Source: Myxococcales bacterium (GTDB taxonomy: Bacteria > Myxococcota > Myxococcia > Myxococcales > 40CM-4-68-19). Taken from it: a stretch of DNA of 47,338 bases. Shown piece after piece: positions 38,226 to 46,441 of the stretch (position 1 is the first letter of the stretch; every line of letters begins with the position of its first letter). The stretch covers positions 1 through 47,338 of the forward strand of contig DASREU010000297.1 in the NCBI GenBank assembly GCA_035651935.1, in the 5' to 3' direction. A program made the translations under genes and the position numbers. Below the pieces are notes generated by a model. That model saw nothing but the letters and a program-made list of their open reading frames with translations. It had not been told where the DNA came from and made no database searches.

Positions 38226-38366
38226 CTACCTCTTGCTGAGCGGGCAGTCGCCGCACGGGATGGGGCAATTGTCTCCGCACGGCAGTCTGGACGCCAGATT
38301 CGACCCCGCCCACGCGAGCGCCGGCAACGCCAGCGCGGCGATGAACGCAAGCAACGTCCTTCTCAT
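38226..38366 (-). CDS. 46-aa secreted four-Cys peptide (not in ORF track)
   Basis: My manual reverse-strand translation gives MRRTLLAFIAALALPALAWAGSNLASRLPCGDNCPIPCGDCPLSKR followed by TAG. GGGAGG SD sits 4 nt upstream of the ATG. Sec signal peptide has an AWA-G cleavage site. Third codon positions are mostly G/C. The stop lies 8 nt from the sigma GTG. Confidence 0.5.
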   Translation of the reverse strand: MRRTLLAFIAALALPALAWAGSNLASRLPCGDNCPIPCGDCPLSKR

Positions 38367-38463
38367 CACGCCTCCCTTCGATGCGGCCGCGACCACCGCG
38401 GCCTTTCCCCTTCTCTAGGCGCGAAACCCCGGCGGCGTGACCGGCGGCCGATTCCGCACCCGC

Positions 38464-38492
38464 TTGACACGGGTCAGGCCAGCCCTGATGGT
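38464..38492 (+). promoter_or_regulatory. candidate sigma70-type promoter (TTGACA-N17-GATGGT) for the PagL-like operon
   Basis: Perfect -35 TTGACA at 38464-69 and GATGGT at 38487-92, about 46 nt upstream of ATG 38539. Sequence match only. Confidence 0.3.
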
Positions 38493-38538
38493 TTGCGGCG
38501 CTCCGCCGCACGCGTGCGGAACGGGGCTTCAGCAAGCG

Positions 38539-39072
38539 ATGCCAGACCCTCGTCGCACATGCGCCTGCGGCGCCGCCCTCCTCGTCTTGCTCGGCTCCGC
38601 CGGCGTGCGCGCCGCGCCCGTCACGTCCTTTGCCATTGCCACCGGCCAGTACGGGTTGCGTGCGGAGGTGCCGCATGCGCTCGGGATCGAGCTGCAGGTC
38701 CGGACACCCTGGCGCTGGACCCTGTTCCGGCCGATCGCCGGCCTGCTCACCAGCTCCGCCGGCGGCGCGTACGTGTATTCGGGGCTCGCGATCGAGATCG
38801 AGCTGCCGCTCGGCCTCCAGCTCAGCCCCGGGTTCGCGCCGGGCATCGCGCTGGCCGGCATGAAGCGCGACCTCGGATATCCGATCGAATTCCGCTCTTC
38901 GCTGGAGCTCTCCGTGGCGGCCGGCGAGCAACTGCGCGTGGGAGTCGGGTTCAGTCACGTCTCGAATGCGCGGCTCGGCGACCACAACCCCGGCGTCGAG
39001 GTGCTGGTGCTCGGGATCGCATACCCTGCGAAGAACGACTGGGCGGCACCGCCGGTGGGACCTGACCGATGA
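38539..39072 (+). CDS. acyloxyacyl hydrolase / lipid A 3-O-deacylase (PagL-like) outer-membrane protein
   Basis: Signal peptide (ACGAALLVLLGSAGVRA), a small beta-barrel pattern, and the C-terminal GFSHVSNARLGDHNPGVE block (His/Ser) typical of PagL-like proteins. Confidence 0.72.
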   Translation: MPDPRRTCACGAALLVLLGSAGVRAAPVTSFAIATGQYGLRAEVPHALGIELQVRTPWRWTLFRPIAGLLTSSAGGAYVYSGLAIEIELPLGLQLSPGFAPGIALAGMKRDLGYPIEFRSSLELSVAAGEQLRVGVGFSHVSNARLGDHNPGVEVLVLGIAYPAKNDWAAPPVGPDR

Positions 39073-39644
39073 ACAAGAACCGCCTCGAGGCCTTCAGCGA
39101 CGGCGTGTTCGCCATCCTCATCACCATCCTGGTGCTGGAGCTGAAGGTGCCGCACGGGGACGATCTGGGTGCGCTCGCGCCGCTCTTGCCGGTCTTCCTC
39201 ACCTACATCCTCAGCTTCGTGTACCTCGGGATCTACTGGAACAACCACCACCACATGCTGCACGCGACCAGCCGGATCAACGGCGGCATCCTCTGGGCGA
39301 ACCTGCACCTGCTCTTCTGGCTCTCGCTGGTGCCGTTCACCACCGGCTGGATGGGTGAGAACCACTTCGCTTCGCTTCCGACGGCCATCTACGGCGCGGT
39401 TCTCCTCGCGTCCGGAGTCGCCTATTACCTGCTCCAGAACATGATCATCGCCGCGCAGGGCCCGGACTCGAAGCTCGCGGCGGCGCTTGGACGAGATCTC
39501 AAGGGCAAGATCTCGCCGCTGGTCTACGCCGTCGCCATCCCGCTCGCGTTCGTCCGGGAATGGATCGCGGACATCCTCTACGTCACCGTCGCGCTGATGT
39601 GGCTCATCCCCGACCGCCGCATCGAATCGCGGTTCCACGACTGA
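39069..39644 (+). CDS. TMEM175-family potassium channel (DUF1211)
   Basis: N-terminal signature RLEAFSDGVFAILITILVLEL and six hydrophobic helices. Its ATG overlaps the previous stop (ATGA at 39069-39072). Confidence 0.85.
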   Translation: MNKNRLEAFSDGVFAILITILVLELKVPHGDDLGALAPLLPVFLTYILSFVYLGIYWNNHHHMLHATSRINGGILWANLHLLFWLSLVPFTTGWMGENHFASLPTAIYGAVLLASGVAYYLLQNMIIAAQGPDSKLAAALGRDLKGKISPLVYAVAIPLAFVREWIADILYVTVALMWLIPDRRIESRFHD

Positions 39645-39645
39645 G

Positions 39646-40848
39646 ATGGCGGAGCGCATCGTCATCGCGGGCGCCGGGGTGTTCGGGGTGACGGCGGCGA
39701 TCGAGTTGCGCAGGCGCGGGCACGAGGTCCGCCTCGTCGATCCCGGGCCGCTGCCGCATCCGCTCGCGGCGTCCACCGACATCAGCAAGGTGGTGCGGCT
39801 GGAGTACGGGGCGGACGAGCCCTACACGGCGCTCGCGGAGAACGCCATCGAAGGCTGGCGGCGCTGGAACCGGGACTTCGGCGAGGCGCTGTACCACCAG
39901 ACCGGGCTGCTCTTCCTGCGGCAAGGTCCGCTCTCGCCCGGCACCATCGAGCAGGACAGCTTCGAGGTGCTGCTGGCCCGCGGACATCGGGTGGAACGGG
40001 TCGACGCCGCCGCCGTGCGGACGCGCTTCCCCGCCTGGAATGCGGCGCGCTACCCGCACGGAACGTACAGTTCCGAGGGCGGCTTCGTCGAGAGCGGGAA
40101 AGCGATCGCGCGCCTCGTGGCGAAGGCGCGCGAGGACGGCGTCGAGCTCTCCGAAGGCGCTTCCTTCGGCCGCCTCCTGCACGAGCGATCCGGGCCGCCT
40201 GATGCACCCGGCCGGGTGGTCGGAATCGTCTCCTCCCGCGGCGAGCGCATCGAGGCCGGCCTGGTAGTGCTCGCGCTCGGAGCGTGGACGCCGCATGCGC
40301 TCCCCTGGATGGCGGACGAGCTCCGATCGACCGGACATCCGGTCTTCCACCTTGCTCCCGCCGATCCGTCGCTCTTCCGTCCGGAGCGATTTCCCGTGTT
40401 CTGCGCGGACATCCAGACCACCGGGTACTACGGCTTTCCCGTTCACCCCGTGAGCGGCGTGGTGAAGATCGGGCGGCATGCCCCGGGCCGGGCTTTGCAC
40501 CCCGAGTCGCCTGCGAGAGCCGTCACCGCCGAGGAGATCGAGGACATGCGCGCCTTCCTCGCAGTTAACTTCTCCGCGCTGCGCGATGCGCCGATCCCGT
40601 TCACCCGGATCTGCCTCTACTGCGACTCGCGGGACGGGCACTTCTGGATCGCCCACGATCCGGATCGTCCCGGGCTCGTGCTGGCGACGGGCGACAGCGG
40701 ACACGCCTTCAAATTCGCGCCCGTGCTCGGTCCGCTCGTCGCGGACGTGGTGGAGGGACGGAGCCATCCGCTGCAGGACAGGTTCCGTTGGCGCCCGGGA
40801 CTTCGGCCGGCGCGCTCCGACGAGGCGGCGCGGTTCCAGGGATCCTGA
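39646..40848 (+). CDS. FAD-dependent oxidoreductase (DAO family; sarcosine/glycine/D-amino-acid oxidase-like)
   Basis: N-terminal Rossmann motif IVIAGAGVFGVTAAIELRRRGHEV.LVD and a C-terminal ATGDSGHAFKFAP block. Starts 1 nt after the TMEM175 stop. Confidence 0.82.
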   Translation: MAERIVIAGAGVFGVTAAIELRRRGHEVRLVDPGPLPHPLAASTDISKVVRLEYGADEPYTALAENAIEGWRRWNRDFGEALYHQTGLLFLRQGPLSPGTIEQDSFEVLLARGHRVERVDAAAVRTRFPAWNAARYPHGTYSSEGGFVESGKAIARLVAKAREDGVELSEGASFGRLLHERSGPPDAPGRVVGIVSSRGERIEAGLVVLALGAWTPHALPWMADELRSTGHPVFHLAPADPSLFRPERFPVFCADIQTTGYYGFPVHPVSGVVKIGRHAPGRALHPESPARAVTAEEIEDMRAFLAVNFSALRDAPIPFTRICLYCDSRDGHFWIAHDPDRPGLVLATGDSGHAFKFAPVLGPLVADVVEGRSHPLQDRFRWRPGLRPARSDEAARFQGS

Positions 40849-40912
40849 CGAAGCTGCGTTTCCCGCGGCCCTGGCGTAGTCTTCGCGTTCTTCATCTCTC
40901 CCCGGAGTCACC

Positions 40913-41110
40913 ATGCAGTTTCGAAAGCTCTTCCAGCTTCTGGTCGTCGGCGGCGCGGTCCTCGGCGCGAATTCCGGCTGCTCGAGCGCCGCGCTGGCGC
41001 AGGAGGCGAAGGAGAAGAAGAGCGACGGCGGCAGCAGCGCGGCGCAGGGCACGGACGGCGGAGTCGCGGCCGGAGACGCCGGAGCCGGCGGCGGAGTCCA
41101 GGGCTGGTGA
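40913..41110 (+). CDS. small lipoprotein with Gly/Ala/Asp-rich low-complexity mature part (65 aa)
   Basis: GGAG SD 6 nt upstream. Signal peptide with lipobox GANSGC. The mature part of about 42 aa is low-complexity and ends GGVQGW. Its stop overlaps the next start (GTGA at 41107-41110). Confidence 0.55.
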   Translation: MQFRKLFQLLVVGGAVLGANSGCSSAALAQEAKEKKSDGGSSAAQGTDGGVAAGDAGAGGGVQGW

Positions 41111-41811
41111 ACGAAGCGCTTCGGCGCGCCGCCGGAGAAGCGTGGGCGTTCCGCACCCGCGTCGAGCGCGAGGCCGCGCAGAGATTCGCGCGTCTCGCCG
41201 GAGTGATCGCCGCGTTCGATCCCGGCTCGCCGCTGCCGCCGTTGCTGCGCGAAGCCGCGGACGACGAGCAGAGGCACGCGGCGCTCTGCGCGAAACTTGC
41301 CGCCGTCCATGGACGACCCGCGCCCGAGTCCGCTGACGAGACGGCGATCGCCCCGCGGAGCCTCGACGCGCGCGCGGCGGCCCTCTACGAGATGGTGGCT
41401 GCGTGCTGCATCACCGAGTCGGAGAGCGTGGCGACGCTCACGACCTTGCTCGCCTCCGACGTGGAGCCGGAGGTGGAGAGCGTTCTGCGGGAGATCGCCC
41501 GGGACGAGGTAGCGCACGCTCGCATGGGCTGGGCGCACCTGGCGCGCGAGGCAGCGCTCTCCGACGCGTCCTTTCTCGGACCTCTGATCCCGGCGATGCT
41601 CTCGGGAACGGTGGACGAGGGCCTGTTTGCGGCCGGACCGGCAGAGCTGGAGGATCCCGGCCTCCTCCGGCATGGCGTGCTGCCGCACGCGCAGAAGCGG
41701 GCGATCTTCGTCGGAACGCTCGAGCAGGTGGTCTTCCCCGGCCTCGCGAAGTTCGGGATCGATGACGCCCCCGCGCGCGCCTGGCTCACCGCGCGCCAGC
41801 GGTCGTGGTAG
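41107..41811 (+). CDS. ferritin-like di-iron carboxylate domain protein
   Basis: Two E...ExxH units (VEREAAQRF...DDEQRHA and ESESVA...RDEVAHA) in predicted helices. No signal peptide. GTG start coupled to the upstream lipoprotein gene. Confidence 0.7.
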   Translation: MNEALRRAAGEAWAFRTRVEREAAQRFARLAGVIAAFDPGSPLPPLLREAADDEQRHAALCAKLAAVHGRPAPESADETAIAPRSLDARAAALYEMVAACCITESESVATLTTLLASDVEPEVESVLREIARDEVAHARMGWAHLAREAALSDASFLGPLIPAMLSGTVDEGLFAAGPAELEDPGLLRHGVLPHAQKRAIFVGTLEQVVFPGLAKFGIDDAPARAWLTARQRSW

Positions 41812-41823
41812 AGAGCGCAGCCC

Positions 41824-43815
41824 ATGTCCAGCCTGATGCTCGCGCTGTTGCTCGCCGCGCGCCCGTTCACGCCCGAAGAGCTGCTCGCGACCCGCCGCGC
41901 CGATGACGTTCAGGTTTCGCCCGACGGAAAGTGGGCGTCGGTCACCGTGCGGCAGAAGAACCTGAAAACGAACAAGGACGACAAGGACATCTGGCTGTTG
42001 CCGCTTCCCTCGGGGCCCGCCCGCCAGTTCACCCGGAACGCGCGAAGCGAGCACGCCCGCTGGTCGCCGGACGGCAAGCAGGTGCTGGTGGTCCGCGAAG
42101 GCCAGCTCTGGAGGTACGCGCTGGACGGCGGCGACGCGCAGCAGATCACCAGCTCGAGCGGCGGCGCGGATGCGGGAGTCTACTCTCCGGACGGAGGCTG
42201 GATCGCGTTCACCAGCGAGGTCTATCCGCAGTGCGGCGGGGACGAGGCCTGCAACAAGGAACGCGCGGAGAAGCGGGACAAAAGCGGCGTGCAGGCGCGG
42301 ATCGTCGACCACCTGTTCGCCCGGCACTGGACGGAATGGAAGGAAGGCAAGCGCACGCACCTGTTCGTGATGCCTTCGAGTGGAGGCGCCGCGCGCGATG
42401 TCACCCCGCTCGATTCCGACTGGCCGAGCTTCCGGCTGGGCGGCGGCGACGACTTCCGCTTCACTCCCGACGGCGAGTTGATCGTCAGCAGCAAGCCGGC
42501 GCAGCGCGAGGCCTGGAGCACCAACGGCGACCTCTGGTCGATCGACCGCAGCGGAGGAGCGCCGAAGAACCTCACGCCGGACAACCACGGCGACGATGCG
42601 CAGCCGCGGCCCTCGCCGGACGGACGGTACCTGGCGTGGACCTCGCAGGCCCGCGACGGGTACGAGAGCGACCAGTGGAAGCTGAAGATCCAGGATCGCC
42701 GCACGGGGCGCATCGCGGTGGCCGACATCCAGGGCGACGACGTCGGCAGCTTCGCCTGGCGGCGCGACGGCAAGGGGCTGGTCGCCGCCGTGGTGCAGAA
42801 GGCGCATCACTGGCTCTACGAGGTATCGGTGGACGGCAAGTTCCGCCGGTTCAGCGAGACGCCGTCGGGCGGTGATGACTTCGACCTGGCGCCGGACGGG
42901 ACGGCGATCGTCGCCAACGCCGGTTTGACGCACCCGCCGGAAGTGGTGGCAATCAAACCCGGCGGGCGGCCGGTCCGTCTCTCGCATTTCAACGACGAGC
43001 AGTACAGGAACCTCGACCTCGGGACGGCGGAAGAGCTCTGGGTCGAGGCGAAGGACGGCACGAAGGTGCACTCCTGGATGCTTCGTCCCGCGAACGCGCC
43101 CGCGAAGCTGCCGCTGCTGGTGCTGATCCACGGCGGACCGCAGGGATCGTGGGAGGACGCCTGGACCATGCGCTGGAACGGCGCCGTCTTCGCGGCGCGC
43201 GGATACGTGGTGCTGGAGACCGACTTCCACGGCTCGGCAGGATATGGACAGAAGTTCAAGGAGGAGATCTCCGGCGACTGGGGCGGCCTGGCGTACGACG
43301 ACGTGCTCCGCGCGACCGACGCGGCGGAGAAGCTGCCCTTCGTGGAGTCCGGACACACCTGCGCGGCAGGCGCCAGCTTCGGCGGCTACATGGTCGACTG
43401 GATCGCGGGGCACACCGATCGCTTCGCCTGCCTGGTCTCGCACGACGGCGTGTTCGACCTCGCGAGCTCGTACTATGCGACGGAGGAGCTCTGGTTCCCG
43501 GAGTGGGAGTTCCGCGGGCCGCCCTGGCAGAACCCCGAGCTCTACCGGCGGCTGTCGCCCAGCACCTACGTGGAGAGCTTCAAGACGCCCACGCTGGTGG
43601 TCCAGGGCGAGCTCGATTTCCGCGTCACCGTCGAGCAGGGCCTGGGGATGTTCACCGCCCTGCAGCGGCGCGGGGTCGAGTCGCGCCTGCTCTACTTCCC
43701 CGACGAGGGCCACTGGGTGCTCAAGCCGAAGAACAGCCAGCTCTGGTATCACACCGTGCTCGAGTGGATCGACGCGCACGCGAAGCAGGGAAACAAGCAA
43801 GCCGTCCGCCCGTAA
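41824..43815 (+). CDS. S9-family serine peptidase (prolyl oligopeptidase/acylaminoacyl-peptidase type)
   Basis: N-terminal beta-propeller with SPDG repeats. C-terminal alpha/beta hydrolase domain has GGPQG, nucleophile elbow GASFGGYM, GELDFRV (Asp) and DEGHW (His). Confidence 0.9.
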   Translation: MSSLMLALLLAARPFTPEELLATRRADDVQVSPDGKWASVTVRQKNLKTNKDDKDIWLLPLPSGPARQFTRNARSEHARWSPDGKQVLVVREGQLWRYALDGGDAQQITSSSGGADAGVYSPDGGWIAFTSEVYPQCGGDEACNKERAEKRDKSGVQARIVDHLFARHWTEWKEGKRTHLFVMPSSGGAARDVTPLDSDWPSFRLGGGDDFRFTPDGELIVSSKPAQREAWSTNGDLWSIDRSGGAPKNLTPDNHGDDAQPRPSPDGRYLAWTSQARDGYESDQWKLKIQDRRTGRIAVADIQGDDVGSFAWRRDGKGLVAAVVQKAHHWLYEVSVDGKFRRFSETPSGGDDFDLAPDGTAIVANAGLTHPPEVVAIKPGGRPVRLSHFNDEQYRNLDLGTAEELWVEAKDGTKVHSWMLRPANAPAKLPLLVLIHGGPQGSWEDAWTMRWNGAVFAARGYVVLETDFHGSAGYGQKFKEEISGDWGGLAYDDVLRATDAAEKLPFVESGHTCAAGASFGGYMVDWIAGHTDRFACLVSHDGVFDLASSYYATEELWFPEWEFRGPPWQNPELYRRLSPSTYVESFKTPTLVVQGELDFRVTVEQGLGMFTALQRRGVESRLLYFPDEGHWVLKPKNSQLWYHTVLEWIDAHAKQGNKQAVRP

Positions 43816-43856
43816 GCGCCGGGTTTCGCCGCCGCCCTTTCCATGAAGGAGATCGA

Positions 43857-46034
43857 ATGAAGCGACTGCTCGTTTCCATCCTCCTCGCCGCTGCCTGCAG
43901 CTCGGGTCCGAAGAGCAAGCCCGTCAACGAACCCGCCACCGGCGCCACCGCGGCGCAGACGCCTCCGTCGCCCGCCAACCCTCCCGGACCCGCGACCACC
44001 GGGACGCCTTCTCCCGCTCCGCCCGCCGCCGGGCAGCCCGCGACGCCGACGGCGCCGGCCGCGAGCGGAAGCGCAGCGGCCCAGGCGAAGCCGGAGCCGC
44101 CGCTCCTCGACGAGAGCGCGATGGACAAGTCGGTCGATCCCTGCACCGATTTCTACCAGTACGCCTGCGGGAGCTGGCTGAAGAAGACGCCCATTCCCGA
44201 GGACCGCGCACTCTGGGGACGGGGCTTCAGCGAGATCCTCCAGCGGAACGAGGCGCTGCTGCGCGACATCCTGGAAAAGGATGCGCGCGGGGAAGCGGAT
44301 CCGTCCGATCCGTACGCGCAGAAGGTCGGCGACTTCTATTCGACGTGCATGGACGAGCACAAGGCGGAGACGGCCTCGCTGCAGACGCTGCAGGACGCGC
44401 TGCGGAAGATCGATGCCGTGAAGGATGGACGCGGGCTGGCCAGGCAGGTGGCGGATTCGCAGGCGAGCGGCGCGCGGGCGTTCTTCGGCTTCGGGTCGCA
44501 GCAGGATTTCAAGGATGCGACGCAGGTGATCGGCGGCGCCGACCAGGGCGGGCTCGGCCTGCCCGATCGCGACTACTACCTGAAGGACGACGCCCGGATG
44601 AAAGACCTGCGCGCGCTGTACCAGGATCACGTGGCGAAGATGCTGGAGCTCGCCGGCGAGCAGGAGGGAGCGGCGAAGAAGCAGGCGCAGGTGGTGATGA
44701 ACATCGAGACCGCGCTGGCGAAGGACTCGATGGACAAGGTGGAGCGGCGCGATCCGAACAAGATCTACCACCGCCTCGACCGCGCCGGCTTGAAGAAGAC
44801 CGCGCCGCACTTCCTCTGGGACGCGTACTTCGACGAGCTGGGGGCGCCGGGGGTGCAGCAGATCAACGTGCTCGTCCCCGAGTTCTTCGCCGGGATGGAC
44901 AAGCTGATCGCGCAGAAGGGCAAGCTGAACGACCTGAAGACGTACCTGCGCTGGAAGACCTTGGAGGCATCGGCGAACACGCTCGGCAAGGGGTTCGTGG
45001 AGGAGCGGTTCCGGCTGACCAAGGCGCTCACCGGCGCGAAGGCCATCCTTCCCCGCTGGAAGCGCTGCGTACAGATGACCGACCGCGCCCTGGGCGAGGC
45101 GCTGGGGCGCACCTTCGTCACCACCACCATCGGAGACGAGGGCAAGCAAATCGCCGAAACGATGGTCCAGGGCATCGAGGGCGCGTTCGATCGGAACCTC
45201 GCGCAGGTGGACTGGATGGACGACGCGGCGCGCGCGGCGTCGAAAGACAAGCTGAAGAAGATCAACAACAAGATCGGATATCCCGAGAAGTGGCGCGACT
45301 ACTCGAAGATGAATGTCGGCAAGGATTCGCTGCTCGCCAACTTTGCCGAGGCGGCGCGCTTCGAGACCCGGCGCGACCTGGACAAGATCGGAAAGCCGGT
45401 CGATCGGAACGAATGGCAGATGAGCCCGCCGACGGTGAACGCGTACTACGATCCCTCGATGAACGAGATGGTGTTCCCAGCGGGGATCATGCAGTCGCCG
45501 TTCTTCAAGACCGATGCGCCGCAGCCGGGTAACTACGGCGGGCTGGGCATGGTGATGGGGCACGAGCTGACGCACGGCTTCGATGACGAGGGCCGGCAGT
45601 TCGACGGCGACGGCAACCTGCACGAGTGGTGGTCGAAGCCGGTGAACGATGCTTTCAAGGAGCGCGCCGAGTGCGTGGCCAGGCAGTACGACGGCTACAC
45701 CGCCGTCGAGGACTTGAAGCTCAACGGGCACCTGACCCTGGGCGAGAACATCGCCGACATCGGCGGGCTCAAGCTCGCGCTGGCGGCGCTGAGGCAGAAG
45801 CGCGGCGGCAGCCTCCAGCCGAACACCGAGCAGGGCTTCTTCGTCGCCTTCGCGCAGACCTGGTGCACGAACTACCGCCCGGAGGCGGCGCGGCTGCAGG
45901 CGCAGACGAACCCGCACTCCACGGCCCAATGGCGGGTGAACGGGCCGGTGTCCGACAACCCCGAGTTCGCGAAGGCGTTTTCCTGCAAGGCGGGGGCGCC
46001 GATGGCGCCGCAGAACCGCTGCGTCGTCTGGTAG
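43857..46034 (+). CDS. M13-family zinc metallopeptidase (neprilysin/PepO/ECE-like) lipoprotein
   Basis: AAGGAG SD. Lipobox LAAAC followed by a Pro/Ala-rich linker. Carries NAYY, HELTHGFDDEG and GENIADIGG, and ends ...CVVW. Confidence 0.93.
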   Translation: MKRLLVSILLAAACSSGPKSKPVNEPATGATAAQTPPSPANPPGPATTGTPSPAPPAAGQPATPTAPAASGSAAAQAKPEPPLLDESAMDKSVDPCTDFYQYACGSWLKKTPIPEDRALWGRGFSEILQRNEALLRDILEKDARGEADPSDPYAQKVGDFYSTCMDEHKAETASLQTLQDALRKIDAVKDGRGLARQVADSQASGARAFFGFGSQQDFKDATQVIGGADQGGLGLPDRDYYLKDDARMKDLRALYQDHVAKMLELAGEQEGAAKKQAQVVMNIETALAKDSMDKVERRDPNKIYHRLDRAGLKKTAPHFLWDAYFDELGAPGVQQINVLVPEFFAGMDKLIAQKGKLNDLKTYLRWKTLEASANTLGKGFVEERFRLTKALTGAKAILPRWKRCVQMTDRALGEALGRTFVTTTIGDEGKQIAETMVQGIEGAFDRNLAQVDWMDDAARAASKDKLKKINNKIGYPEKWRDYSKMNVGKDSLLANFAEAARFETRRDLDKIGKPVDRNEWQMSPPTVNAYYDPSMNEMVFPAGIMQSPFFKTDAPQPGNYGGLGMVMGHELTHGFDDEGRQFDGDGNLHEWWSKPVNDAFKERAECVARQYDGYTAVEDLKLNGHLTLGENIADIGGLKLALAALRQKRGGSLQPNTEQGFFVAFAQTWCTNYRPEAARLQAQTNPHSTAQWRVNGPVSDNPEFAKAFSCKAGAPMAPQNRCVVW

Positions 46035-46046
46035 ACTGCCGGGCAA

Positions 46047-46086
46047 CCCGGGGCCTGTACGCGCCCCGGGGACGTCCGTTTCTTGC
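46047..46086 (+). terminator. weak candidate intrinsic terminator after the M13 gene
   Basis: 7-bp GC stem (CCCGGGG at 46047-53 pairing with CCCCGGG at 46064-70) and a 10-nt loop. A T-rich GTTTCTT begins 7 nt after the stem. Poor U-tract geometry. Confidence 0.2.
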
Positions 46087-46117
46087 GCCGAAGCCTTTGC
46101 CGTGAATAGGAAGGTCC

Positions 46118-46438
46118 ATGGATCCGGTCGCGCTGGGCATGATCATGAAGGCGCTCGAGCCTGCGCTCGGGCTCCTCGCGCTCGCGGTGCTGCCCATCGG
46201 CATCGTCTGGCTTCGCGCCACCTACAAGATCCGGATGCGGGAGCTGGACGTGGACGAGAAGGCTGCGCCCAGGAACCTCGAGGCGCGGCTCGCGGCCATC
46301 GAAGCCCGCCTCGGAGCGATCGAGGACGCCGTCGGTTCTCCCGCGCGCAGCACGCTGCAGGAACGGGCCGCGATGCTGGAAGGCCCCGCTACCTCCGCCG
46401 CCGAGGCGGCGCCGCCGGTTCGATCCAGAGAGCGCTGA
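46118..46438 (+). CDS. small single-pass membrane protein with coiled-coil segment
   Basis: AGGAAGG SD. N-terminal TM helix (LGLLALAVLPIGIVWL), then LEARLAAIEARLGAIEDAV. The overall layout is reminiscent of PspB-type proteins, which is a weak impression only. Confidence 0.5.
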   Translation: MDPVALGMIMKALEPALGLLALAVLPIGIVWLRATYKIRMRELDVDEKAAPRNLEARLAAIEARLGAIEDAVGSPARSTLQERAAMLEGPATSAAEAAPPVRSRER

Positions 46439-46441
46439 GGC

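Noticed and set aside
39604-43800. A 1398-aa minus-strand ORF antisense to the FAD oxidoreductase, ferritin-like and S9 peptidase genes. Similar giant ORFs are 33420..36740, 16054..19284, 12646..15873, 9463..12144, 28756..31740, 43749..46046 and 16947..19304.
   Set aside because: They have low-complexity Arg/Gly/Pro/Asp/Glu-rich translations with no recognisable motifs. Each lies opposite or out of frame to a gene with strong family signatures. They are GC-driven artefacts.
43843-43860. A five-codon mini-ORF (MKEIE) whose TGA overlaps the ATG of the M13 peptidase gene.
   Set aside because: Its AAGGAG is more simply the SD of the M13 gene, and there is no independent SD for the mini-ORF. It is probably coincidental.
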